The notes: a model not told the origin generated them from the sequence alone. A DNA stretch of 64,000 nt from Frankiaceae bacterium (GCA_016650445.1 JAENVS010000002.1:10980-74979), one strand, 5' to 3'; numbered from the stretch's first letter, positions 55,098-64,000 are shown. Program-made: numbers and translations.

Positions 55098-56503
55098 GCG
55101 CGTTCGACAGCACCGTCGCGCTGATCTACCTCGCCGCTGCGACGTCGTTCGTCGTCGGCCTGCACCTGATGAACTCCCCGGCCAGCGCCCGCCGCGGCAA
55201 CGCGGTGTCCGCAACGGGGATGGCCGTCGCGATCCTCACCACCGGGGTCGTCCTGGTCCGTGACGACGTCATCTCCGGCGGGTCTGTCGGCGTGCTCGTT
55301 GCGGGGCTGGTCGTGGGCGCGGTCGCCGGTCTGATCGGTGCCCGGCGCGTGAAGATGACGGAGATGCCGCAGCTGGTGTCGCTGTTCAACGCGGTCGGTG
55401 GCGGCGCGGCAGCGCTGGTCGCACTCGTCGAGGTGGTCGACGGCGAGGGCCTGCGGGACGCCGCCGTCAGCCTGTCGCTGCCCACGGTGCTCGACGTCCT
55501 CATCGGCGCCATCACCTTCAGCGGCTCGCTGGTCGCCGCAGGCAAGCTCGCTGGTCGAGTGTCGGGTGCACCGGTGACATCGGCGCTCGGCCGGGCGGCG
55601 TCAATGGTTCTGGCGGTCGTCGCTGTGGTCGGCTCCCTGGTGATCCTCACCGGACACGGCGGTGGAGCCGTCCTCGTCGTCGTCGGGGTGGCCGCGCTCG
55701 GGCTGGGCGTGCTGCTCACGCTGCCGATCGGCGGCGCCGACATGCCCGTCGTCATCTCGCTGCTCAACGCGTTCACCGGCACCGCGGTCGCGATGGCCGG
55801 CTTCGTCCTCGAGAACACGCTGCTGGTGGTTGCCGGAGCCCTCGTCGGCGCGGCCGGCGCGATCCTCACGCTCCTCATGGCGGAAGCGATGAACCGCTCG
55901 TTGATGAGCATCATGCTCGGCGGCTTCGGCACGGGAGACGAGGTCGTTGCCGTGGGCGCCGGTGGTGCTTCCGTGCGAGAGACCACGACGGACGACGCAG
56001 CCTTGCAGCTGGCCTACGCATCCAAGGTCGTCATGGTGCCCGGCTACGGGCTGGCCGCGGCGCAGGCACAGCACGAGATGGTCGACCTCGCGACCGCTCT
56101 CGAGGCACATGGCGTGGAGGTCAGCTACGGCATCCACCCGGTCGCCGGCCGGATGCCCGGGCACATGAACGTCCTGCTTGCCGAGGCCGACGTTCCCTAC
56201 ACCCAGCTGCGCGACCTGGAGGAGATCAACGGCGAGTTCAGCCGCACCGATGTCGTCCTCGTCGTCGGGGCCAACGACGTGACCAACCCGGCAGCCCGCC
56301 GCCCGGGCAACGCCGTCTCCGGAATGCCGATCCTGGACGTCGACCACGCCAAGAGCGTCATCGTCATCAAGCGCTCGATGGGGCACGGCTACGCGGGCAT
56401 CGAGAACGAGCTCTACGGCGACCCGAAGACCTCGATGCTCTTCAGCGACGCGAAGGCCGGCCTGCGTGAGCTGCGCACGGCGCTGTCGGCGTACGTCAAG
56501 TAG
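55094..56503 (+). CDS. pntB: NAD(P) transhydrogenase subunit beta
   Basis: ATGA overlap. Polytopic N-terminus plus a C-terminal NADP(H) domain (PGYGLAAAQAQH, HPVAGRMPGHMNVLLAEA, GANDV.NPAA). Confidence 0.9.
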   Translation: MSAFDSTVALIYLAAATSFVVGLHLMNSPASARRGNAVSATGMAVAILTTGVVLVRDDVISGGSVGVLVAGLVVGAVAGLIGARRVKMTEMPQLVSLFNAVGGGAAALVALVEVVDGEGLRDAAVSLSLPTVLDVLIGAITFSGSLVAAGKLAGRVSGAPVTSALGRAASMVLAVVAVVGSLVILTGHGGGAVLVVVGVAALGLGVLLTLPIGGADMPVVISLLNAFTGTAVAMAGFVLENTLLVVAGALVGAAGAILTLLMAEAMNRSLMSIMLGGFGTGDEVVAVGAGGASVRETTTDDAALQLAYASKVVMVPGYGLAAAQAQHEMVDLATALEAHGVEVSYGIHPVAGRMPGHMNVLLAEADVPYTQLRDLEEINGEFSRTDVVLVVGANDVTNPAARRPGNAVSGMPILDVDHAKSVIVIKRSMGHGYAGIENELYGDPKTSMLFSDAKAGLRELRTALSAYVK

Positions 56504-56519
56504 CTCTTGTACGACGGCG

Positions 56520-57569
56520 TCAGCGGAAGCCGGCTTGGAGCTTCGCCAGGGCGTCGGACCCCGGGCACAGCCGGTCGTAGGTGATCGACGCGAGCGCGGC
56601 GGCCGGCGTCTTGTTCAGGTCGTGCAGGTCGGCGACCTCGTCGTTGGCGTAGAGCAGGCCGGTGACGACCTCGCCGCGGGCGCGGTGTTCCTCGACGAAG
56701 CGGGCGACGGCCTGCCGGTCGGTCGGGTCGTAACCCTTCGGCACGGCCCGGAAGCGCATCGCGGTGCCGTCGTGCATCGTGACGCTGATCGCCCCCTCGG
56801 CGGGTACGGCCGCCACGATCTCCTCCCGCGGCGGCACGAAGTCGGTTGCCGTCACCTCGTGCTGGCGGGTGAACAGGTAGCTCTTCGTCGAGCCCTCGTG
56901 GTCGTTGAACTGGATGCACGGCGAGATGACGTCGATGAGGGCGAAACCGCGATGCGAGATGCCGGCCTGCAGGATTGGGATGAGCCGGTCCTTGTCGCCG
57001 GAGAACGCCCGCGCGACGAACGTGGCGCCGAGGCTGAGGGCCATGACGATCGGGTCGATCGGGGGCAGCAGGTTCGGCTCGCCCTTCTTCGACGTCGAGT
57101 CGATGTCGGCCGACGCGGAGAACTGGCCTTTCGTGAGCCCGTAGACGCCGTTGTTCTCGATGACGTAGAGCATGTTGATGTTGCGGCGGATCGCGTGAGC
57201 CAGGTGCCCGAGCCCGATCGACAGCGAATCGCCGTCTCCGGAGATGCCGAGGTAGGTGAGCTCGCGATTCGCGGCGTTCGCCCCGGTCGCGATCGTGGCC
57301 ATCCGGCCGTGGACCGAGTTGAACCCGTGTGCCCCGCGAACGAAGTACGCCGGCGTCTTGGACGAGCAGCCGATGCCCGACAGCTTGGCGATCTTGTGCG
57401 GCGGGATGCCGAGCTTGAACAACGCCTCGATCAGCGCGGCGGTCACCGAGTCGTGGCCGCAACCACCGCAGAGCGTCGACGGCGCGCCCTCGTAGTCGCG
57501 CACGGTCAGCCCCAGGTCGTTGTGCTGGAGGTGCGCCAGCGGGACCAGCGGCTTGGCGATCGAGGGCAC
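56520..57569 (-). CDS. korB: 2-oxoacid:ferredoxin oxidoreductase subunit beta (TPP-binding)
   Basis: CGGCGH cluster and TPP motifs (GDGD..IG, NN.VYGLTKGQ). Confidence 0.9.
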   Translation of the reverse strand: MPSIAKPLVPLAHLQHNDLGLTVRDYEGAPSTLCGGCGHDSVTAALIEALFKLGIPPHKIAKLSGIGCSSKTPAYFVRGAHGFNSVHGRMATIATGANAANRELTYLGISGDGDSLSIGLGHLAHAIRRNINMLYVIENNGVYGLTKGQFSASADIDSTSKKGEPNLLPPIDPIVMALSLGATFVARAFSGDKDRLIPILQAGISHRGFALIDVISPCIQFNDHEGSTKSYLFTRQHEVTATDFVPPREEIVAAVPAEGAISVTMHDGTAMRFRAVPKGYDPTDRQAVARFVEEHRARGEVVTGLLYANDEVADLHDLNKTPAAALASITYDRLCPGSDALAKLQAGFR

Positions 57570-57572
57570 GGT

Positions 57573-59423
57573 TCAGCCTCCCAGCTGGTTGCGGACGCCG
57601 TCGACGACGTGCTCGGCACTGAGCGGGAAGCCGCCGTACACGAGGACGGACTTCAGTCTGCTCTGATCGGCACCTGTCTCGAGCACGAGCAGGGAGCGCA
57701 GCTGCGCGTCACGGTTCTGCTCGATGACGAAGCAGGTCTCGTGGGCGTCGAGGAACTCCCGAACCTCGGCCTGGAACGGGAAGGAGCGGATGCGCATGAC
57801 ATCGACGGGGATACCTCCGTCGTCCAGCAGCTCTGCTGCCTCCCGCACGGCCAGGTCGCAGCTGCCCACGGTCACGATGCCGACCCGCGCCTCCGCGCGT
57901 CGCTCGACGGCCGGGCCGGGCATGTGGTCGGCGGCTGCCCTGTGCTTGTGCGCCAGGCGGTCGACGACCTCCTGGTACTTGTCCGGGATCTCGGTGTAGC
58001 CGCCGTACTTGTCGTGACCGGACCCGCGGACGAAATATGCACCGCGGGAGTCCTCGCCCGGGAACGTGCGCGGCGTGACGAAGTCGGCATCCTCGTCGGC
58101 GAAGCGGTGGAACTCCGTCATCAGGTCCAGATCGGCGCTCGTCAGCACCCGCCCGCGGTCGGGGAGGTAGGTGTCGTCCCACGTCAGGGTCGGCACCACC
58201 CAGTCGTTCATGCCGATGTCGAGGTCGGTCAGCACGATCACCGGTGTCTGAAAGCGCTCGGCCAGGTCGAACGCCTGGACAGCGAAGTCGAAGCACTCGG
58301 CCGGGTTCGCCGGGAACAGCAGCAGGTGCTTGGTGTCGCCGTGCGAGGCGTAGGCGCAGGCGAGGATGTCGCCTTGCTGGGTTCGCGTCGGCATCCCTGT
58401 CGAAGGACCGGTCCGCTGGACGTCGATGAGGACGGCGGGGATCTCGGTGTAGTAGCCGAACCCGAGCAGCTCGTTCATCAGCGAGATGCCCGGGCCGGAC
58501 GTGGCGGTGAAGGCCCGTGCGCCGTTCCAGTTGGCGCCGAGCACCATGCCCAGAGCCGCCAGCTCGTCCTCCGCCTGCAGGATCAGGTAGTCGTTGCGGT
58601 AGTCCGTCGTGCCGTCCGGCCGGTGCACGGCCTCGCGGCGGTACGTGCGGCACAGCGAGGTGAAGTTGTCCATGACGGACGTGGACGGGGTGATGGGGTA
58701 CCAGGCCGCGACGGTCGCTCCGGCGTACAGGCATCCGAGGGCCGTCGCGGTGTTGCCGTCGATGAGGATGCTGTCGCGGGTCGCGTCGATCGCGCTGAGG
58801 TGGAAGGGCAAGGGGCAGGCGAGGTGCTCCCGCGCGTAGTCGTAGCCGAGCCGCAGCGCGCGCTGGTTGGCCTCCCGCAGCTTCTCCTTCTTGGCGAAGG
58901 TCTCATCGAGCAGCGTTGAGACGACCTCGAGATCCACGTCGAGCAGTGCGACGAGGACGCCGGCGTAGCAGATGTTCTTCAGCAGCAGCCGCTCACGTGG
59001 CTTGTCGAACGCGTCCACGCACATCTGCGCCAGCGGTACGCCGAGGAAGGTGACGTCCTCGCGGTCGAGGGCCGCGTCGAGCGGCCAGGTCGAGTCGTAG
59101 AGGACGTAGCCACCGCTGCGGACCTCGGTGATGTCGGCGGCGTAGGTCTGGGCGTTCATCGCGACCATGAGGTCGTAGTCGAGCGCCCTCGCGGTCCAGC
59201 CGCTGCCGTTGACGCGGATCTCGTACCAGGTCGGCAACCCCTGGATGTTCGACGGGAACAGGTTCTTGCCCGACACCGGGATGCCCATCCGGAAGATCGC
59301 TCGCATGAGCAGGCCGTTGGCGCTCGCGGAGCCGGTGCCGTTGACGTTGGCGAGCTTGACGGCGAAGTCGTTGACCCGCACCTGCGCCGGGGCAACGTCC
59401 TGCGCGTTGTCGAGCGTCGTCAT
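57573..59423 (-). CDS. korA: 2-oxoacid:ferredoxin oxidoreductase subunit alpha
   Basis: ATG 59423 overlaps the stop of the upstream gene (ATGA). Typical KorA segments (NGTGSASAN, YPITPST, TSGPGISLM). Confidence 0.9.
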   Translation of the reverse strand: MTTLDNAQDVAPAQVRVNDFAVKLANVNGTGSASANGLLMRAIFRMGIPVSGKNLFPSNIQGLPTWYEIRVNGSGWTARALDYDLMVAMNAQTYAADITEVRSGGYVLYDSTWPLDAALDREDVTFLGVPLAQMCVDAFDKPRERLLLKNICYAGVLVALLDVDLEVVSTLLDETFAKKEKLREANQRALRLGYDYAREHLACPLPFHLSAIDATRDSILIDGNTATALGCLYAGATVAAWYPITPSTSVMDNFTSLCRTYRREAVHRPDGTTDYRNDYLILQAEDELAALGMVLGANWNGARAFTATSGPGISLMNELLGFGYYTEIPAVLIDVQRTGPSTGMPTRTQQGDILACAYASHGDTKHLLLFPANPAECFDFAVQAFDLAERFQTPVIVLTDLDIGMNDWVVPTLTWDDTYLPDRGRVLTSADLDLMTEFHRFADEDADFVTPRTFPGEDSRGAYFVRGSGHDKYGGYTEIPDKYQEVVDRLAHKHRAAADHMPGPAVERRAEARVGIVTVGSCDLAVREAAELLDDGGIPVDVMRIRSFPFQAEVREFLDAHETCFVIEQNRDAQLRSLLVLETGADQSRLKSVLVYGGFPLSAEHVVDGVRNQLGG

Positions 59424-61210
59424 GAGCCGTTCCCGTTCGAGCAGGGCTTTCCGGCGTACGGGAGAATGAGGTCGAAGCGCTGCATGTCCCAGGCGGCGGT
59501 GGGACAGCGCTCGGCGCACAGGCCGCAGTGCACGCAGAGGTTCTCGTCCTTGACCATGACCCGCGCGGTCTGGGGGAGGTCCTCGGAGACGAACAAGCCC
59601 TGGTCCGGGTTGAGCCGTGGTGCCTTGAGGCGAAGGGAGAGCTCGGCCTCCTCGCCGTCGGCCGTCATGGTCAGGCACTCGACGGGGCAGATGTCGATGC
59701 ACGCGTCACACTCGATGCACAGCGAGGTGTTGAAGACCGTCTGTATATCGCAGTTCAGGCAGCGCTGCACCTCACGTACGGTCTGCTCGACGGTGAACCC
59801 GAGCTCGACCTCCAGGCCGATGTCCTTGAAGCGCTTGGTGAGCTCGACGTGCTCCATCTTCTGGCGGCCCGCTGGGTTGTAGTCGTTGTGGTAGCTCCAC
59901 TCGCTGAGCCCCATCTTCGCGCTGATGAGGTTCATGCCTTCCTCGAGCCGATCGGTGAGCGGCCGGTCCTCGCAGCGGTTGTGGATGGAGATCGCGGCCT
60001 GGTGCGCGTGCGCGACGGCCCAGATGATGTTCTTCGGCCCGAAGGCCGAGTCACCGCCGAAGAAGACGCCGGGCAGCGTCGACTCCATCGTTGTCTCGTT
60101 GACGACCGGCACGTCCCAGTCGCCGAACTCGAGCCCGACGTCCCGCTCGATCCACGGGAAGGCGTTCTCCTGGCCGATCGCGAGGATGACATCGGTGCAC
60201 GGGAGTACGACGGTGTCGACCCGGCGCGACTTCGTCGCGTTCTCGTCCCACTCGAGCACCTCGAACTCCACGCCGGTCAGTCGGCCGTCCTCGACGATGA
60301 AGCGGGTCGGGGAGTGGTTGATGAGGATCTCGACGCCTTCCTCCTCGGCGTCGTCGAGCTCCCACGGCGAGGCTTTGAAGAAGCGCCTCGGCCGACGCGC
60401 GATAACCGTGATGTCCTTGCCACCGAGTCGGAGCGAGGAGCGGCAGCAGTCCATCGCCGTGTTGCCGACGCCGATGATGATCACCTGCTCACCGACCGAG
60501 GTGATGTGCTCGAACGCGATGGACTCGAGCCAGTCGATCCCGATGTGGATGCGCGAGTCGCCGGTCTCGTCCCAGCGGCCGGGCAGGTCGAGCTCCTTCC
60601 CGCGGGGTGCGCCGGTGCCGACGAAGACGGCGTCGTATCCCTCCTTGAGCAGCGCGCCGAGGCTCTCGACCGGCGTGCCGTAGCGGATGTCGACGCCCAT
60701 GTCGAGGATGACCTGGGTCTCCTCGTCGAGCACCTCGGCGGGCAGCCGGAAGGCCGGGATGTTGGTGCGCATGAGGCCACCGGCCTTCTCGAACTGCTCG
60801 TAGATCGTCACCGAGTAGCCGAGCGGCAGCAGGTCGTTGGCGACGGTGAGCGAGGCCGGGCCCGCGCCGACGCAGGCGATCCGCTTGCCGTTGCCCTGCT
60901 CCGGCGCCCGAGGGAGGCGATCGCTGATGTCGCCGCGCAGGTCGGCGGCGACCCGCTTGAGCCGGCAGATCGCGACCGGCTCCCCGTCGATGCGCTCGCG
61001 GCGGCAGGCCGGCTCGCAGGGCCGGTCGCACGTCCGGCCGAGGATCGCCGGGAAGACGTTGGACTCCCGGTTGACCATGTACGCGTCGTCGAAGCGGCCC
61101 TGGGCGATCAGCCGGATGTACTCGGGGACGTTCGTGTGCGCCGGGCAGGCGTACTGGCAGTCCACGACCTGGTGGAAGTAGTCCGGATCCCCGACGTCCG
61201 TTGGTTTCAC
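59420..61210 (-). CDS. GltD-like NAD(P)H-dependent FAD oxidoreductase fused to a C-terminal 2x[4Fe-4S] ferredoxin domain
   Basis: N-terminal GltD-type Fe-S region (CQYACP..GRTCDRPCEPAC), dinucleotide motifs (VGAGPASL, IIGVGNTAMD), and C-terminal CIECDACIDICP and CVHCGLCAERCP. Confidence 0.8.
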   Translation of the reverse strand: MKPTDVGDPDYFHQVVDCQYACPAHTNVPEYIRLIAQGRFDDAYMVNRESNVFPAILGRTCDRPCEPACRRERIDGEPVAICRLKRVAADLRGDISDRLPRAPEQGNGKRIACVGAGPASLTVANDLLPLGYSVTIYEQFEKAGGLMRTNIPAFRLPAEVLDEETQVILDMGVDIRYGTPVESLGALLKEGYDAVFVGTGAPRGKELDLPGRWDETGDSRIHIGIDWLESIAFEHITSVGEQVIIIGVGNTAMDCCRSSLRLGGKDITVIARRPRRFFKASPWELDDAEEEGVEILINHSPTRFIVEDGRLTGVEFEVLEWDENATKSRRVDTVVLPCTDVILAIGQENAFPWIERDVGLEFGDWDVPVVNETTMESTLPGVFFGGDSAFGPKNIIWAVAHAHQAAISIHNRCEDRPLTDRLEEGMNLISAKMGLSEWSYHNDYNPAGRQKMEHVELTKRFKDIGLEVELGFTVEQTVREVQRCLNCDIQTVFNTSLCIECDACIDICPVECLTMTADGEEAELSLRLKAPRLNPDQGLFVSEDLPQTARVMVKDENLCVHCGLCAERCPTAAWDMQRFDLILPYAGKPCSNGNGS

Positions 61211-61295
61211 GTGGCTATCATTGACCCTGACGCCGCCGAGCGCGGGAAGTCACCCGAAACCGGTACCCGTCCGTGTCGTGACGCAAGATGTCACG

Positions 61296-62864
61296 GTGAG
61301 ACGCCACCCCCTGTCCGCCATCGTGATCTTCCTCGCCGCGTTCAGCACGGCATGCGCGGGGAGCTCGAGCCCGGACGCGGCGTCGCCGGCCCCGACCGCT
61401 CCTTCGCCGACCGTGTCTGAGGCGGCGTCACCGGTCGCGTCGCCGTCGAGGACGGCAACAGGTTCACCCGGCGTCGCCGTGCCCCAGCCGCCGCCGTTGG
61501 CCTGGGATGGTTGTCGCGACGGGTTCCAGTGCTCCAACCTGACGGTCCCTCTCGACTACGCCAACCCGGCCGCAGGCTCGGTCACGCTGCGGCTCATCCG
61601 GATCCGGGCCAGTCGCCCGGCGCAGCGGGTCGGCTCGCTCGTCGTCAACCCGGGCGGGCCCGGGGTGTCGGCGGTCGACTTCCTGCGCGGCTTCGCCAAG
61701 GGCTCGGCGCCGGCGTCCGTCCGGCAGCGGTTCGACCTCGTCGCCTTCGACCCTCGAGGGACGACCGGCAGCTCGCCCGTCCACTGCGCGACGACCGCCG
61801 AGTTCGACCGCTTCGTGCACGTCGACCCCGATCCCGACAACGCGCAGGAGATCGATGCGCTGGTCGCCGCCAACCGCAGCTTCGACGCGGGCTGCCAGCG
61901 ACGGTCCGGCCGGATCCTGCCGCACATGTCGACGGCGGTCGCCGCCCGAGACATGGAGAGCCTGCGGGCCGCGCTGCGCGAGCCGAAGCTCACCTACCTG
62001 GGCTACTCCTACGGGACTTCGCTGGGCGCCGCCTACCTCGACCAGTTCCCCACCCACGTCAGGGCGATGGTGCTGGACGGCGCCCTGGACCCCCGCTCGA
62101 CCTGGGAGCAGCTCCTCGCCGGACAGGCTCGCGGCTTCGACCAGGCGCTCGGGTCTTTCCTGTCCTGGTGCGACAAGCACCGCTCGCAGTGCGAGTTCCG
62201 GGAGGCCGTCAGCGGAGACCTCGGTGCTGCTTTCGACGCACTGCGCGACCGGGTGGAGGGCGAGCCGCTGCCTGGGGACGGCAAGCGGGACGTGGGGCCG
62301 GGTGAGTTCTCGTACGGCACCGGTCAGGCGCTCTACAGCACCAGCTACTGGGAGTTCCTGGGAACGGCGCTCGCCGACGCCCAACAGGGCGACGGCGGCC
62401 TGATCCTGCAGCTGAGCGACATCTACCTCGACCGCACCGAGCGCGGCTACGCCAACACGATCGACGCCAACAACGCCGTCAACTGCATCGACAAGCCGTT
62501 CCCGAAGGACACCGCGGCCTACCAGCAGCTCGCGGAGAAGACGAAGGCCTACGCGCCTCGGTTCGGGCCGGCCATTGCGTGGTCGGGCTCGACCTGCGCC
62601 CTGTGGCCGGTGCCCGCGACCGGCACGCCGCACGCCGTGTCCGGCACCGGGTCGCCGCCGATCGTCGTCATCGGCACCACCCGTGACCCGGCCACTCCCT
62701 ACATCTGGGCGCAGGGCCTGGCCGAGCAGCTCGACAACGGCATCCTGCTGACGCACGTGGGCGACGGGCACACCGCCTACCGGGCCGGTGCGCCGGCCTG
62801 CATCGTCAACCCGGTCAACGCCTACCTGCTCACCGGACGCGCTCCGGCCGAGGCCCGCTGTTAG
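61296..62864 (+). CDS. Secreted alpha/beta hydrolase lipoprotein (tripeptidyl aminopeptidase / TAP-like, S33)
   Basis: GTG 61296 gives the lipobox FSTAC. NPGGPG, nucleophile elbow GYSYGT, and a C-terminal TAP-like region with GDGH. Confidence 0.8.
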   Translation: MRRHPLSAIVIFLAAFSTACAGSSSPDAASPAPTAPSPTVSEAASPVASPSRTATGSPGVAVPQPPPLAWDGCRDGFQCSNLTVPLDYANPAAGSVTLRLIRIRASRPAQRVGSLVVNPGGPGVSAVDFLRGFAKGSAPASVRQRFDLVAFDPRGTTGSSPVHCATTAEFDRFVHVDPDPDNAQEIDALVAANRSFDAGCQRRSGRILPHMSTAVAARDMESLRAALREPKLTYLGYSYGTSLGAAYLDQFPTHVRAMVLDGALDPRSTWEQLLAGQARGFDQALGSFLSWCDKHRSQCEFREAVSGDLGAAFDALRDRVEGEPLPGDGKRDVGPGEFSYGTGQALYSTSYWEFLGTALADAQQGDGGLILQLSDIYLDRTERGYANTIDANNAVNCIDKPFPKDTAAYQQLAEKTKAYAPRFGPAIAWSGSTCALWPVPATGTPHAVSGTGSPPIVVIGTTRDPATPYIWAQGLAEQLDNGILLTHVGDGHTAYRAGAPACIVNPVNAYLLTGRAPAEARC

Positions 62865-63253
62865 CGATCAGCCAGCCGGCGTACGAAGGCCAGTCCCGAC
62901 CAGGTGTCGTCGATCGCGCAGACCTTCACGTCGACGAGTCCCTGTGCCAGGCCGTAGTCACGGACGTCGTTCTCCGACAGGTCGGTCTGCCGGCCGCTCG
63001 CCCGCTTCGGCCAGCACACCCAGAGCCGTCCGGGAACGGTCAGTCGCGAGGCCAGTGGGCCCCAGCGCTGCTCCAGCCTGCGTCGGTCCGGCGCGAAGAG
63101 CAGAACGATGTCGTACGGCGATGTGCCCGCCCGGCGGTGCGTGTCGACCCCGGCCAGCGCGAAGCCAGCCGGCGCCCCGTCGAGCAGCACCCGGCCGGCG
63201 GGCTTCACCCCGAGCTTGCGTGGCAACGGCGTGCCGCTGTACCCGGCTGTCAC
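62861..63253 (-). CDS. DUF3052-like protein
   Basis: N-terminus GYSGTPLPRKLGVKPG, typical of DUF3052 as I recall it. 130 aa. Confidence 0.6.
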   Translation of the reverse strand: MTAGYSGTPLPRKLGVKPAGRVLLDGAPAGFALAGVDTHRRAGTSPYDIVLLFAPDRRRLEQRWGPLASRLTVPGRLWVCWPKRASGRQTDLSENDVRDYGLAQGLVDVKVCAIDDTWSGLAFVRRLADR

Positions 63254-63288
63254 GAGTGGCAGGGTAAGCGGATGCGGCGGACCAAGGC

Positions 63289-64000
63289 GTGAGCAGCACG
63301 AAGCGCCGTCCGAGCGTCCGACGGAAGATCGCGGTCGCGACCTGGCGCGCCTCGAAGGAGGGCCGCCTCTACGCGCGGATGGCCGTCGACGCGACGGCCC
63401 TGCTGGCTTTCTGCGCGGAGCAGCGCGCCCTCACGGGGATCCCCGTGACGCCGGCCGCTGTTGTCGGGCTGGCGTTCCAGCGCGGCGTCGAGCAGGTCCC
63501 GGCCTTCCACAACCGCGTCGTGTTCGGGCGGATCGTGCCGTTCCCGTCGTACGACGTCGCCTTCGCCGTCGACATCGAGGGCGGCGACGACCTCGCGCCG
63601 ACCAAGGTCCGCGACGCGGACAGGAAGACCGTCGCCGAGGTGGGGGCAGAGCTCGTCGCGGGCGCGGAGCGGCTGCGGGCTCGGGCCGACCGCGACTTCC
63701 AGACGACCAACGGCATCGCGCGGCTCGTCCCGTGGTTCCTGCTGCGGCCGCTGCTCGCGCTGGCGTCGCTGCTGAACGGCGGCATCGGCGTCCGGGCCTT
63801 CGGCCAGCCGGCGCACCCACTCGGCTCGCTCTTCGTCACCAACATCGGGTCGTTCGGCCTCGACGAGGGCTATGTCGCGCCGGTGCCGCTCGCGCGGGTG
63901 CCGCTGTACATCTGCGTCGGCGCCGTCTCGGACGCGGCGCTGGTCGTGCACGGCGAGGTGGTGGTCCGCCCGCAGCTCGTCATCACTGCGACCGCCGACC
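63289..64000 (+). CDS. 2-oxoacid dehydrogenase acyltransferase catalytic-domain protein (3' end beyond window)
   Basis: Not in the ORF track because there is no stop in the window. GTG 63289 opens a GC3-rich frame to nt 64000 (SSTKRRPSVRRKIAVATW...SLFVTNIGSFG...LVITATAD). It ends just before the expected DHR..DG catalytic motif. No lipoyl domain at the N-terminus. Confidence 0.65.
   Translation, partial: MSSTKRRPSVRRKIAVATWRASKEGRLYARMAVDATALLAFCAEQRALTGIPVTPAAVVGLAFQRGVEQVPAFHNRVVFGRIVPFPSYDVAFAVDIEGGDDLAPTKVRDADRKTVAEVGAELVAGAERLRARADRDFQTTNGIARLVPWFLLRPLLALASLLNGGIGVRAFGQPAHPLGSLFVTNIGSFGLDEGYVAPVPLARVPLYICVGAVSDAALVVHGEVVVRPQLVITATAD

Noticed and set aside
61276-61295. Inverted repeat CGTGAC-gcaagat-GTCACG just before the TAP-like hydrolase start
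   Set aside because: The spacing does not fit the CRP/FNR-type TGTGA-N6-TCACA pattern. It is a 6-bp arm only, and may simply be local secondary structure at the RBS.
56466-61420. 817-aa and 630-aa plus-strand ORFs (56466..58919, 59528..61420) opposite korB/korA/gltD-like
   Set aside because: Same GC artefact. The opposite strand encodes proteins with unmistakable TPP, Fe-S and flavin motifs, while these translations are Arg/Gly/Asp/Val-rich with no recognisable domain.
1-64000. tRNA, rRNA, tmRNA genes
   Set aside because: No T-arm-like GGTTCGA(A/G)TCC motif or rRNA-like conserved stretch was noticed outside coding regions. All sizeable gaps are accounted for above. This was not checked with tRNAscan or Infernal.

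Overview
High-GC (roughly 70% by eye) actinobacterial chromosomal window, densely coding on both strands. I call about 65 protein genes and found no rRNA, tRNA or CRISPR array. The backbone is conserved actinobacterial core and, from memory, is syntenic with the M. tuberculosis Rv3218-Rv3228 neighbourhood. It includes rsgA-aroA, sigH-rshA, galE, a TB7.3-like biotinyl protein, pdtaS, whiB1, a DAG-kinase-like gene, an rsbW/sigF-like pair, Ni-SOD sodN plus its protease sodX, rmlC, kgd, pntAA-pntAB-pntB and korAB. It also carries two ABC uptake systems, two crcB genes, tag and a rhomboid protease. Unusual or accessory content: (1) Three tandem sortase-substrate surface-protein genes (LPFTG, LPFTG, LAFTG). 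The two large ones are each preceded by a hairpin-rich ~200-nt leader with long identical blocks. Its core block sits exactly 107 nt before each start codon, although the encoded N-termini are unrelated. A third, truncated copy of the leader 5' part precedes the small gene. This is my best candidate for an undescribed cis-regulatory RNA or DNA element. (2) A solo IS200/IS605-type TnpB (RNA-guided nuclease family) is wedged between pepP and the biotinyl-protein gene, with a hairpin-rich 3' region that could encode its omega RNA. (3) A small lower-GC islet carries a frameshifted P-loop kinase-like gene and a DUF222/HNH endonuclease containing a 15-nt x6 in-frame tandem repeat. (4) A GltD-like NAD(P)H flavoprotein fused to a 2x[4Fe-4S] ferredoxin domain is translationally coupled to korA-korB, inside a 2-oxoglutarate/redox cluster (kgd, pntAB, KOR, orphan E2-like acyltransferase). 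(5) A Tat-signal, LPATG-anchored metallophosphoesterase is translationally coupled to the crcB pair. All family assignments come from motif recognition by eye. No database search was run, and start codons in this GC-rich DNA are best guesses.
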